In this document: in pieces, positions 37,093-46,782 of the stretch | Layout of the letters: each line of letters starts with the position of its first letter | How positions within the stretch are numbered: position 1 is the stretch's first letter | NCBI GenBank assembly: GCA_046482545.1 | Contig: JAWOEX010000010.1 | Location: 32,001 to 96,000 of the forward strand | Length of the DNA stretch: 64,000 nt | Source: Candidatus Thorarchaeota archaeon | Lineage (GTDB): Archaea; Asgardarchaeota; Thorarchaeia; Thorarchaeales; Thorarchaeaceae | Reading direction: 5' to 3' | Notes under the pieces: model-generated | What the model saw: only the letters and a program-made list of their open reading frames with translations | Database searches by the model: none | Told to the model about the DNA's origin: nothing | Translations under genes and position numbers: made by a program

Positions 37093-38659
37093 AGACCCAA
37101 TCAGTTTCGAGGTAATCAAGAATGCGCTTGTATCATGTGCTCGTGAGATGAGCCAAGCACTTCGAAAAACAGCGTTCAGTCCCAACATAAAGGAACGACG
37201 AGATTGTAGCTGTGCACTTTTCGATTCTGAAGGAAGACTTGTTTCTCAGTCAAAAGATATACCGGTCCACTTAGGAGCAATGCCACTGTCTGTAAAGGCA
37301 TGCATTGATGATTTGGGTTCAGAGATGGCAGCAGGTTCCATGGCTTTAGTCAACGATCCATTCTCAGGCGGGTCGCATCTACCAGACTTGACACTGGTTG
37401 CCCCGGTCTATCATGACGAAAAGCGCGTTGCCTTTGTGGCAAATAGAGCCCATCATGCAGATGTGGGAGGAGAAAGCGCGGGCTCAATGCCAGGCATGTC
37501 GTCGACTATCGAAGAAGAAGGCATACTGATTGAGCCAAGAATCATAGTCGAAAACAACCAACTCAAGGAAGAAAGAATCTCGGATTTGCTTGAAGCTACA
37601 CGAACACCAGAAGAACGGCATGGTGACCTCTCAGCTCAGATTGCTGCAAATCGGGTAGGAATCATTCGTCTCAGTGGAGTTGCTGACCGACATGGCTGGC
37701 CCACGCTACTCAATTCATTCGATGATTTGCGAGATTACTCAGCCAAACGCATCCAGTCAGCGATGAAATTGTATGCAGGAGAGCAGGGGGAATTCTCAGA
37801 CGTACTGGATAGCGATGGGGCAGGTAACTGGTTCCTAGATATTAGTGTACATCTTTCCTTTCATGATAATCATGCCAGCATAGATTTCACGGGAACAGCA
37901 GACCAAGTGAAAGGTAACGTGAATTGTCCAGTAGCGTCTTCATTATCGGCGGTCTACTACGTCTTCATAACGCTATTTGGCCAAGGAATACCTGTGAACG
38001 AAGGGTGCTGGAGGGCTCTGGAAGTGAAAATCCCCGAAGGCTCGCTATTGAACCCCCGTTACCCGGCGGCTGTATCGGCAGGTAATGTTGAGACTACACA
38101 GCGAGTGGTGGATACAATTCTCGGAGCTATGGCCGAAATTGACCCCAATATTGTTCCTGCTGCGAGTCAAGGTACGATGAACAACTTGGCGATAGGGGGC
38201 GAACTCGCAAGTGGCGAAGGAATGTTCTCATTCTATGAAACTGTGGGCGGTGGAGCTGGCGCCGCAAAGGGAATTCATGGCACAGATGGTATCCATATTC
38301 ACATGACCAATACCCGGAACACACCAACAGAATCACTTGAGAGTTCGTACCCTTTGAGAGTTACAAAATACTCCATCAGGAAAGGTAGTGGTGGGGACGG
38401 AAAATGGCGGGGTGGGGATGGCATAGTACGCGAAATCGAAACTCTAGTTGATGGCTGCAGTATATCTATTCAGACTGAGAGAAGGCATAGCAAGCCATGG
38501 GGGTTAGCAGGTGGAAAGTCAGGATCTCGAGGACGAAATCTACTCTTCTATCAGGGTAAGGAGTATCAGCTACAGGCGAAATCTACTGTCATTGCTCCTA
38601 AAGGAACAAGAATACGCCTTGAAACTCCTGGCGGTGGGGGATGGGGGACCACCGAATAG
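37085..38659 (+). CDS. hyuB: Hydantoinase/5-oxoprolinase B subunit
   Basis: AFSPNIKERRDCS, PVHLG, NDPF.GGSHLPD, HHADVGG, TPGGGGWG. Overlaps hyuA. Confidence 0.93.
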   Translation: MIEDPISFEVIKNALVSCAREMSQALRKTAFSPNIKERRDCSCALFDSEGRLVSQSKDIPVHLGAMPLSVKACIDDLGSEMAAGSMALVNDPFSGGSHLPDLTLVAPVYHDEKRVAFVANRAHHADVGGESAGSMPGMSSTIEEEGILIEPRIIVENNQLKEERISDLLEATRTPEERHGDLSAQIAANRVGIIRLSGVADRHGWPTLLNSFDDLRDYSAKRIQSAMKLYAGEQGEFSDVLDSDGAGNWFLDISVHLSFHDNHASIDFTGTADQVKGNVNCPVASSLSAVYYVFITLFGQGIPVNEGCWRALEVKIPEGSLLNPRYPAAVSAGNVETTQRVVDTILGAMAEIDPNIVPAASQGTMNNLAIGGELASGEGMFSFYETVGGGAGAAKGIHGTDGIHIHMTNTRNTPTESLESSYPLRVTKYSIRKGSGGDGKWRGGDGIVREIETLVDGCSISIQTERRHSKPWGLAGGKSGSRGRNLLFYQGKEYQLQAKSTVIAPKGTRIRLETPGGGGWGTTE

Positions 38660-38665
38660 TCTTGA

Positions 38666-40396
38666 CTACTTATGTGCAAAAGCCAGCTTCACCGCATCGT
38701 TCATGTCATAAATCTTAGCGAAGCCAACTCGCTCGAATTGAAGAAACGTTCCTACATCCAAATCCGATATGCTTGGTTCTCCAACACCCCCCGTAATCTC
38801 TCCATCAATCATAGTCAATTCAATGGGGATATTGTTTCCTCTTGGAACCCAGTGGATAATCTGGCCTTCGCAATCAAGAATCTCTTCCACATCGAAACTC
38901 TCAAAGATTGCCGAAGGCTCAGAACACTTATTCATCCTGCAGTTTGCCAAATCCTTGAGCCTGAAGACCTCACCATCCGCAATCCGCTTGAAGTCATGAG
39001 TGGGAATCCCAATATCCAAGTGTTCGTTGTTCCGTGGCAACGGTATTTCTCGTTTCCCTCGAGCAGGGTAATCAGGGTGAATTGGCGCCTCAGCAAACTC
39101 GACATCACTAGGCAAACCCGTAACCGATATCCAAATTGGCGATTCTACAAAGAACGCTCGTGGGACATCTGAATCACGTAGTTTTCGATTCTCAGAATAG
39201 ACGGCTTTCATCGAGAAGTTGATATCAGACAGACTCAGTCCAAGGTCAAGCATGGCTTTTCTCAGCGCTTGCGGATGGATTCCACGATGTTCCAAGGATT
39301 GTAAGCTCCACGTACGCGGGTCATTCCAACCAGTATATTCACCCTTCAGGATCTTTCTTCTGGCTCTACTCTTGCTCAATGTGGCATCTTGAAATTTGAG
39401 ACGACCATAGTAAATCAGCTCAGGTTCTGCCCACCCGTAAATCCTCCAGAGGTGTTGTTCGATTTTGCCTTCCTTCACCAAGTCCTTTCCACGGATGATG
39501 TGGGAGATACCTAGTTCGTGATCATCGATGCCCCATGAATACTCCAGCATCGGCCATACTCGATAGCGATCCCCCACTCGTGGGTGTTCAGTTTCTGAGA
39601 TGCGGAGAATTACATGATCTCTCATAGCAGGATCGGGATCATCCATCCCTGTCTTGATACGAACAGCCGCTCCCTTTTCCGGGTAGGTTCCATCCAGCAT
39701 CTTTTCCCAGCGTGCCAGATTCTCCTCAACCGACAGGTCACGACATGGGCATGGCCTAGATAGAACCTTGTGTTCGTTCCTCCAGACCTCGGGATCGCAA
39801 TTACAAACGTATGCCTCTTGCTTCTTGATTAGGTCAACCGCGTACTCGTAGAAGATTTCTAGCCTATCAGATTTGTACACTGTTTCATCCCAAGCAACAC
39901 CCAGATATTCCAGACCTTCGGGTATCAAGTCGTAGGCCTCGGGTTCGACTACTTTCTTTTCAGACCCAATGGTATCGTCAAAAACAAGGATGAGCTTTCC
40001 ACCCAATCGTTTCACATAGTAATCATTTAGAATAACCATTCTTGCATTTCCTATGTGCAGCGTACCCGAGGGGAACGGTGCCAATCTCATGACGATGTCG
40101 TCCCATTTGTCCACATTCGGTAACTCGGGAGGCTCCTCTTCCTCGGGTTCTTCCTCATCTTCCTTAGCGAGCTCTGGAGCTATTTTCATCAGCTCAGCAC
40201 GCTGTGCCTCTAGGGATTCCTTCTCAATTTCCTCCACTAGGCGCTCGGTGATTTCCTTCACTTCTGCAGCACGAGAACGTAGGTCTTCTCTGGAACCAAG
40301 TAGAGCAGACATTACAGACTTCACGGATGGTTGACCTTCATACTTCACTGCGTTGTGCAGCACCATCTTGCGTATCTCTAGCTCAAGATCATCCAT
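38666..40396 (-). CDS. gltX: Glutamyl-tRNA synthetase (archaeal type)
   Basis: R.APFPSG.LHIGN, SHIIRGKD, LSKS, GWNDPR, QFERVGF. ATG at 40396 preferred as start. Confidence 0.95.
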   Translation of the reverse strand: MDDLELEIRKMVLHNAVKYEGQPSVKSVMSALLGSREDLRSRAAEVKEITERLVEEIEKESLEAQRAELMKIAPELAKEDEEEPEEEEPPELPNVDKWDDIVMRLAPFPSGTLHIGNARMVILNDYYVKRLGGKLILVFDDTIGSEKKVVEPEAYDLIPEGLEYLGVAWDETVYKSDRLEIFYEYAVDLIKKQEAYVCNCDPEVWRNEHKVLSRPCPCRDLSVEENLARWEKMLDGTYPEKGAAVRIKTGMDDPDPAMRDHVILRISETEHPRVGDRYRVWPMLEYSWGIDDHELGISHIIRGKDLVKEGKIEQHLWRIYGWAEPELIYYGRLKFQDATLSKSRARRKILKGEYTGWNDPRTWSLQSLEHRGIHPQALRKAMLDLGLSLSDINFSMKAVYSENRKLRDSDVPRAFFVESPIWISVTGLPSDVEFAEAPIHPDYPARGKREIPLPRNNEHLDIGIPTHDFKRIADGEVFRLKDLANCRMNKCSEPSAIFESFDVEEILDCEGQIIHWVPRGNNIPIELTMIDGEITGGVGEPSISDLDVGTFLQFERVGFAKIYDMNDAVKLAFAHK

Positions 40397-40479
40397 AATC
40401 ACCAGCACCACGTTCCCTTTCTTTGTCACTGCATATATGTTTCCGGTTATTGTCGGACGGTCTACGGTGAAGAGAAGGG

Positions 40480-41250
40480 AAGATTGACAAAGTATAGCGA
40501 GAAAAGAGCCAATGCAACCAGCACCAGCAAAGTAGCGTTACCTACAAGCTAATGCTTTGCTTTCGATTTACTCACCTTCAGCGGCCCCACAGGCTTGAGA
40601 CCAACAGGGGCTTCATCATATGGACTAACTACCCACCAAACGATTTCAAAAGGACTGGCATTGCTTGGATATATATCCAAGAAAGGGTGGTTAGCATATC
40701 CAAGTAAAAAGAGTGCCGTGATATATAGTACTCAACTTCATCTCCAATTCTGAATGTGTGTGCAGAAGCAACTTTCATGGCAACATTTAGGATAGTTGTG
40801 AGCGTAATCAAGAGGGGGAGAATGGCTGAATGGAATACTACATTGCGGTGCCGTGATATGCCAAGCAACGGAATATCAGAATCGGCGAGTTCTGCACCGA
40901 TAAGGGTAATCAACCCGCCAATAAGGGTCGAAATATTGCCGACGATAGGGATTCCGCTTCTCCACTGGTAGATTATTGACCCCCTAGTGACCCTATGCCG
41001 AATGTAACAAAAGCCAAAGCAGAAACGGCACCTAGGTTTCCAAATGTGCGAGTGCTGGTACCCCGATATGGCGCTTTATAGTAGAGTATAGGCACTGAAA
41101 CAACAGTAAGAACCAATCTACCGATAGCGTAATATGTAAGCAAGTCTGTAAGAAGGGCAAAGCTGGCTTGCCACACGCTGAAAGCATGGATTAGCGAATA
41201 GAGCGCAACAAATAGGAAAAAAGCAAATAGGATATGGAAAGCCGATTCAT
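40480..41250 (-). pseudogene. Decayed membrane-bound metal-dependent hydrolase (YdjM-like) gene
   Basis: SD AGGTGAT plus ATG at 41250, an early stop and fragments in several frames: LADSD..RHRNVVFHS, then GYANHPFLD after a shift at a TA repeat near 40725, then an in-frame TAG near 40550. Confidence 0.55.
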
Positions 41251-41459
41251 AATTGGATCACCTTAGGAATAGGTCAAATCATTTCTTAGAAATATCCATT
41301 ATCTCTCTTTAACTTGAACGGATATCGACGGAGCATATTAAGCAATTCCATCGTCAAAAGCATTCGATTAGAACTGATGAGCTGAACAATGCTGAAACCT
41401 TTTGCAACATCAGGGTTAAACATTTATGTCGAAAACGCAATCGCGTCTTGGAGCTTCAA

Positions 41460-42572
41460 ATGCCTGAAGGAGTCTTTGTCGTCCGCTTGGACAAGATGAG
41501 CGGCTTTCTTGTAGAAAAGAAATACCCTTCATCATTGAGATTGAATGAAAAGCTTCTGAATCTCATCTATTATGAACATGAAACAGGAAAGAGGGAACAG
41601 ATGAAATTTTTCGAATCGGAGGGTAAGAGGTTTGGTTCGTTCACTCACACATCCCACCCAGCATATTTTGTTTGTTTTGTGCTTAATCCAGAAGAGAAAC
41701 CCGAGATAATTCGGGATCAATTCATCGGTATGGGGAGATTAATTATCCAACTTGCTATAGAATCTCCAGACAAACTGTACTTGGGACAGATACTAGAAAA
41801 GGGCAGCGTGTTACCGAAGCGATCCGATGAACAGATTTTCACGGATATATTTACAACTCCCTCTACAGCACTGCTACTTGAAAGACTGGAAAAGGAAGGA
41901 CTGGAAAAGGCGGCCGCACTTTCACTGTGGTTAAAGAATCAGATAAGAAGTGAAGATATGGATTTGCGTGAGACTGTCAAACCCCTCATGAAATCAGGGG
42001 CGGTAGAAGTTAAGATGGTTGGAAAGGCTTCCGAAATGGTCTTTCTCATCAAAGATGTATTCGCTCACAGGGCGCCTCCGGTTAAAGCACTACTACATGT
42101 AGAAAAACAAGAAAAGGAAATCGCGCAGAAATATAGGGAAGAAATCAAGAAATTCTTCTCGCCTGCTGGAGAGGGGGGTTATAACCCTACAATACCCGTG
42201 GAAGACCCGAATTCACCCCTTCTAGAGGATAGACAGAAGATTGCGGAAATAATGTCAGATATTTTTCATTACAGGATAATTGAGGCGCTCAGACAAAAAC
42301 CGCTTACTGCGGCGGAAATAGCTGATGAAACTGCTCTTCCAGACCAAATTGTCGAGGATTCATTATGGACGTTACACGATAATCACATAGCAATTAATAT
42401 TGGAGAAAACATTACGTGGGTACTGCTTTCAGATCCAAGGATTGATTGTTTCCTGCCGGAATTCGTGCTTCCTATTGTAGCAAATAAGGTTAGAAACAAG
42501 AAAGTACAAAGAAGAGCTGCACAGGAGTATCTGAAATCATTGATGCAGAGCTGGAAAGGTGAATGTATTTGA
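41460..42572 (+). CDS. Longin/uDENN-like N-terminal domain plus winged-helix domains protein
   Basis: N-terminus GVFVVRLDKMSGFLVEKKYP resembles the uDENN/longin start (hh.FD...G..h...YP). C-terminal IIEALRQKPLTAAEIADETALP..IVEDSLWTL wHTH. Confidence 0.6.
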   Translation: MPEGVFVVRLDKMSGFLVEKKYPSSLRLNEKLLNLIYYEHETGKREQMKFFESEGKRFGSFTHTSHPAYFVCFVLNPEEKPEIIRDQFIGMGRLIIQLAIESPDKLYLGQILEKGSVLPKRSDEQIFTDIFTTPSTALLLERLEKEGLEKAAALSLWLKNQIRSEDMDLRETVKPLMKSGAVEVKMVGKASEMVFLIKDVFAHRAPPVKALLHVEKQEKEIAQKYREEIKKFFSPAGEGGYNPTIPVEDPNSPLLEDRQKIAEIMSDIFHYRIIEALRQKPLTAAEIADETALPDQIVEDSLWTLHDNHIAINIGENITWVLLSDPRIDCFLPEFVLPIVANKVRNKKVQRRAAQEYLKSLMQSWKGECI

Positions 42573-43438
42573 TACGCGGGGTTTATGTACTGGGAAAGCA
42601 CAACAGCATCCTTCATTCTAAGGAATACGCAGAACCTGTATCAAGAGAGGCTCTTATCGATTTCTTGCTTAATTTGAGCGAGTTTCTTTCTACGCAAAAC
42701 TTGGGAGACCAAATCGAATTTATGAATCTCGCAACTTCTCGGCTCTACTATTCAGTAAATGGAGAATATACGTTTCTTCTCGTAGCAGACAAAGCAGATG
42801 ATATGGAGCAAATAACCAACAAGATTGAGCAGCTGGAAACTGTATTCATGGAAGAATTCAAGCCGTTGATTGAGGCTGGCAGAGCAATTGAAGGCCTTGA
42901 CAACTTCATAGACAGCTTGGCAGTGACCATGGTAAAGGTAGCAATTCTCGGTTTTGCTGGTGTCGGAAAAACAACTACCCTACATCTGCTCCGGGGTGAG
43001 ACACTACCCCTTAAACATGATCCCACAATTGGCGTCACTATCAAGAAGCTGCCTTCAGAAGTTCAAAATGCTAACATAGTTTTGTGGGATTTGGCGGGAC
43101 AATCACGGTTTAGTATACTTTGGGGAAAGATGATTGCAAATGCTCAAGTCGTTGTTATTGTAACCGATAGCACACTTGAGAATGTCCTAAAGAGTAAGAA
43201 ACTAGTCAGCCTTGTGAAAGAGAAGGTGCCTAATGCAAAAATAATTGGTATTGCCAATAAGCAGGACCTCCCAACTGCCCTTACCCCGGACAGAGTTGGC
43301 AAGATACTAGGCGTTCCTACCTATGAGTTGGTAGCAATCGATGTTACCTATCGGGACAGGCTTATCCAAATCATCCGAAAGGGCATTTTGGAAGGAAAAG
43401 CAGAAAGATCCAGTGATGGAGAAGAGACAGACAATTAG
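42563..43438 (+). CDS. Longin-domain / Arf-like small GTPase fusion
   Basis: N-terminal longin-like IRGVYVLG..SILHSKEY..YTFLLVADK. G1 GFAGVGKTT, G2 PTIG, G3 WDLAGQ, G4 ANKQD. Overlaps the upstream gene. Confidence 0.85.
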   Translation: MYLIRGVYVLGKHNSILHSKEYAEPVSREALIDFLLNLSEFLSTQNLGDQIEFMNLATSRLYYSVNGEYTFLLVADKADDMEQITNKIEQLETVFMEEFKPLIEAGRAIEGLDNFIDSLAVTMVKVAILGFAGVGKTTTLHLLRGETLPLKHDPTIGVTIKKLPSEVQNANIVLWDLAGQSRFSILWGKMIANAQVVVIVTDSTLENVLKSKKLVSLVKEKVPNAKIIGIANKQDLPTALTPDRVGKILGVPTYELVAIDVTYRDRLIQIIRKGILEGKAERSSDGEETDN

Positions 43439-43516
43439 ATATAAGACAACAAAGATTAAGAATACTAGAATAAGAACAAACACTAGAGTTACTATTAACT
43501 GAAGGTGGATTATCTG

Positions 43517-44200
43517 ATGGCGTTTGATATCGAAGAGATTATGGAGAAGCTCAAGGCAATCGAGGGTTTTGCCAAGAATGTATCTGAAACCAAAAAGCTA
43601 GCAGACGAGTTAGCCAAGAACTTTGCTAGTATGAAAGAAGCACTAAACAAGACCATGAACGAAAGCTTCACTGAGATTGCCAACCAAATAGATACACTTC
43701 GTAAGAACATGGAGCGTATGGAGGAAATGGGAACGGTGGAAGCAACCACCTCGACAGAGGAGGAAAAAACCTCACCAACTCCGAAGGTACCTGAACCAGA
43801 ACTGGAGCCAGAGCCAACCCCTCAAGAATCGACTATAGAACCACCTGAAGTGGAAGAAGTGGAAGAACCTGAACCCGAAGTACCCCCCGAAGAACCACCT
43901 ATTCCTGAACCCACCGAGGCGGAACAACTGGAAGCAGAAGAACCTACAGTGGAAGAGCCTACGGCGGAGGAGCCTACCGTAGAAGAACCGGCGGAGGAGC
44001 CTACCGTAGAAGAACCGGCGGAGGAAAGTGGAGAACTCGATTTGCTCATCCAACAGCAAGATCAGGTCAAAGCAAAGTTAACCGACCTGCGTTTTGACTA
44101 TATGAGAGGGTATATTCCCGAAGATGAATATAAACAGAAAGAGAGCGAGCTAGATGACAAGCTCGAAGAGTTGGATAGGAAGATTGCTGACTTGAAATAG
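43517..44200 (+). CDS. Coiled-coil, acidic Pro-rich linker, SHOCT-like C-terminal protein
   Basis: Heptad-patterned N-terminus, EP/PTVEE-rich middle, LRFDYMRGYIPEDEYKQK C-terminus. Confidence 0.75.
   Translation: MAFDIEEIMEKLKAIEGFAKNVSETKKLADELAKNFASMKEALNKTMNESFTEIANQIDTLRKNMERMEEMGTVEATTSTEEEKTSPTPKVPEPELEPEPTPQESTIEPPEVEEVEEPEPEVPPEEPPIPEPTEAEQLEAEEPTVEEPTAEEPTVEEPAEEPTVEEPAEESGELDLLIQQQDQVKAKLTDLRFDYMRGYIPEDEYKQKESELDDKLEELDRKIADLK
43937..44025 (+). repeat. Coding tandem repeat (27-bp unit x2.4 plus 15-bp EEPTV variants)
   Basis: CGGCGGAGGAGCCTACCGTAGAAGAAC at 43962-43988 and 43989-44015, partial to 44025. Confidence 0.85.
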
Positions 44201-44220
44201 TCTGGAAAGAAAGGCTGATA

Positions 44221-44246
44221 GAGAGCAGTATTCTCTTACTGCTCTC
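44221..44246. terminator. Perfect 10-bp inverted repeat between convergent genes
   Basis: GAGAGCAGTA-TTCTCT-TACTGCTCTC. Confidence 0.55.
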
Positions 44247-44293
44247 CGCCTAGAGGGGTTCGTACATCACTGCTAAGATAGAATCAAGTGTTA

Positions 44294-45253
44294 TTATTTC
44301 AGAAGCTTCTTTGCTGCTTTGATTATCCGTTCAGCACCATCGTCGGTTATTCCTTCGACTTTCTTTGCTACTTCTTCTGGTTTAGCATCTGCCAGCTCCT
44401 TTACAGAGTCATAATGTGCCAGAATCAAACGCTTTTCCAGTGTCGGACCAATACCCTTGATATCCGCTATCTCCGGGATTTCCTCACCTTCACCTTCGAT
44501 TTCTCGGATCATCTTCTTTGCTGCATAAATCATATCAGCCGCACCCTTGGAACCAATCCCATCAACCTCATCCGCGATTTGGTCGGGTTCAGCTTCGGAT
44601 ATGGCTTTAACCGAATCAAACCCTGCATTCGTCAAGCCCTCTGCAGTCTTGGGCCCAACACCAGAGATGTCGGTTATCTTAATCTCAGGTTTCTCGGGAG
44701 CAGGAGCCTTCTTTTTCTTCTTTGGTTTGGGCTTCTTCTCTGGCTTCTTCTTTGGCTCTTCTTCCACTTCTTGAACAGCTTCTGGTTCAGGTTTGGCCTT
44801 CTTTTTCTTCGCTTTCTTTTCCCGTGCTTCCCGTTTCTGTCGGGCGGCTCTACCGGGTTTCATGGGAGCACCCTCTGATGCAGCATCAATTGCTGATTCC
44901 ATTTTCTCTGTCATCAGTGGGACATTAGTGATAGTGCTTGCTACGACCTCAATTTGTTCGGGTTTTCCCTCGTTATGCTTCTCCATCTGTTCAGGAGTGG
45001 TATATACACTAACACCACTATCACGAATCAGGGGTACGATATCGTCCGCATCTGCATACTCTCTGAGCATTTTCTTTGCAACGCTTATTCGTATGTTGAA
45101 TTTCGACGCCAAATCATATGGCGTCACCGATTTGGCATTGAGCACATAACTCTTGATATCAGAAACGGTGTCATCTTTTGGGATAGCATCTCTGACTACC
45201 CGCTCTTTCTTCTTTTTTGATCGGCCCCATTTTTTCTTGCTAATTGTAAACAC
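44294..45253 (-). CDS. rps25e: Ribosomal protein eS25 fused to a Lys-rich linker and two tandem (HhH)2 domains
   Basis: KKKWG..K..VTPYDLASKFNIRISVAKKMLRE...I....SVYT matches eS25. C-terminal ISGVGPKTAE.L..AGFDSV..I..A..DGIG and IKGIGP..L..YDSV..LA.A..EGI. Confidence 0.8.
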   Translation of the reverse strand: MFTISKKKWGRSKKKKERVVRDAIPKDDTVSDIKSYVLNAKSVTPYDLASKFNIRISVAKKMLREYADADDIVPLIRDSGVSVYTTPEQMEKHNEGKPEQIEVVASTITNVPLMTEKMESAIDAASEGAPMKPGRAARQKREAREKKAKKKKAKPEPEAVQEVEEEPKKKPEKKPKPKKKKKAPAPEKPEIKITDISGVGPKTAEGLTNAGFDSVKAISEAEPDQIADEVDGIGSKGAADMIYAAKKMIREIEGEGEEIPEIADIKGIGPTLEKRLILAHYDSVKELADAKPEEVAKKVEGITDDGAERIIKAAKKLLK

Positions 45254-45393
45254 TCTCCTAGATTATTTGCTGAGGCCCCAGTATCATACTAGGCCCTCTC
45301 CTTGAGGTCATCGCGAACCGTCATTTTCCAACTTAAAAACGTGCGCATCTGGAACAGCGTGAATGGTCGTAAGGAACGCTGGTCCTAGCAGTT

Positions 45394-46674
45394 TTAACCC
45401 TTTTTTTCTGAAATATTCAGCTCTTGCTTCACTGAGACATTCTTCCGAGGGGGGATATCTCTATCAATAATGCACCCAGGCGAAATCACACTCTCCTCAC
45501 CAATCTTCACTGCAGGATACAGAGATGCATTAACACCAATCACGACGTTATCTCCGATAATGCCGCCAATTTTACTCAAAGGCACTTCGATTCTCTCCTC
45601 ACCGGCATAGAAGTAAAAAGGGTCTGATCCCGGTCGCCAGTTCCATAGCTGCGCTCCTGCTTCTATACAGCTATTGGTGCCCACCATCGAGTCCGCGACA
45701 TAGGTCATCCTGCCAACATTGACTTTTTCGAAAACCATGGAGTTTCGGATTTCAACAGAATAGCCAATATGAACATCATCGCATAGACATGAATAGTCTC
45801 GTATTAAGGAATTATTGCCAATGTGGACTCTCTTACCGATGTATAATGGACCTCGAAGCGTTGTACCAGGTCGAATGATAGATTCTTCATCGATGTAAAC
45901 AGGCCCCTCTATAACCACATTCTTGTCAATCTTGACAGATTCAGCTATGAAACTGCCTCGGCCTTTCAACATCCTGTCCATTACAATCCTATTGGCCTTA
46001 AGAATATCCCATGGCCAAGTGAATTCAGCCCACTCCTTCTCCCAGACAGTACTAACGACTCGTCTGTCGTTTTCGATCATCTCGCCAATAGTCTTCTCCA
46101 TCGTTTCATGCTTTCTCAGCAAGTCGAAGACTTCGGTCGTGAACACAGAAACGCCTGCAACTGCATAGTTGCTCACATATCGCTCAGGACCACCCTTCTC
46201 GACAAGCTTTTCCACACGGCCATTCTTGCCCATTTTGACAGTACCAAACTGTTCAGGGTTAGAGACGAGCGTAACCAGCATGGTTACATCCGCATTCATG
46301 TTGTCATGGTTGTCAAGTGTTCGTGATACCATTTCGTCCTCTACGAGCACATCACCATTGACAAGCAGGAACTCATCTTCATCTTCCAATTCCGCAGCAG
46401 CTGTCAGCATAGCATGTTCAACACCCTTCTGTTCATGCTGCAGAACATACCCAATCTGGACCTCCTGGTCCCCACCATGCTGAAAGTGATCCACAATCTG
46501 ATCTCTGCCGTGGCCAAGCACAATAATGATATCCTTGATTCCATTCTCCTTGAGGCTGTCAATGATATACTGGAGCACGGGACGACCAGCAATCATCAGC
46601 ATTGATTTGGACCGATTGGCCGTCAACGGCCTGAGCCTTCTTCCTTTCCCTGCTGTCAAGACAAGAGCCTTCAT
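45394..46674 (-). CDS. Bifunctional sugar-1-phosphate nucleotidyltransferase/acetyltransferase (archaeal GlmU-like)
   Basis: MKALVLTAGKGRRLRPLT..RSK, VNGD, LVEK, C-terminal hexapeptide left-handed beta-helix. ATG at 46674 preferred as start. Confidence 0.88.
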   Translation of the reverse strand: MKALVLTAGKGRRLRPLTANRSKSMLMIAGRPVLQYIIDSLKENGIKDIIIVLGHGRDQIVDHFQHGGDQEVQIGYVLQHEQKGVEHAMLTAAAELEDEDEFLLVNGDVLVEDEMVSRTLDNHDNMNADVTMLVTLVSNPEQFGTVKMGKNGRVEKLVEKGGPERYVSNYAVAGVSVFTTEVFDLLRKHETMEKTIGEMIENDRRVVSTVWEKEWAEFTWPWDILKANRIVMDRMLKGRGSFIAESVKIDKNVVIEGPVYIDEESIIRPGTTLRGPLYIGKRVHIGNNSLIRDYSCLCDDVHIGYSVEIRNSMVFEKVNVGRMTYVADSMVGTNSCIEAGAQLWNWRPGSDPFYFYAGEERIEVPLSKIGGIIGDNVVIGVNASLYPAVKIGEESVISPGCIIDRDIPPRKNVSVKQELNISEKKG

Positions 46675-46782
46675 CGCTGACACGCGTTCCCAGCTGTCCT
46701 CATAACTAATATAACCTTTCGCAACACCCAAGAAAAAGGGAACAAAGTATGAAACCACCACTAAAACGGGGTTACCAAGTAC

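Noticed and set aside
40540-40560. Pyrrolysine read-through of an in-frame TAG
   Set aside because: The same gene has several frameshifts and an early stop, indicating decay.
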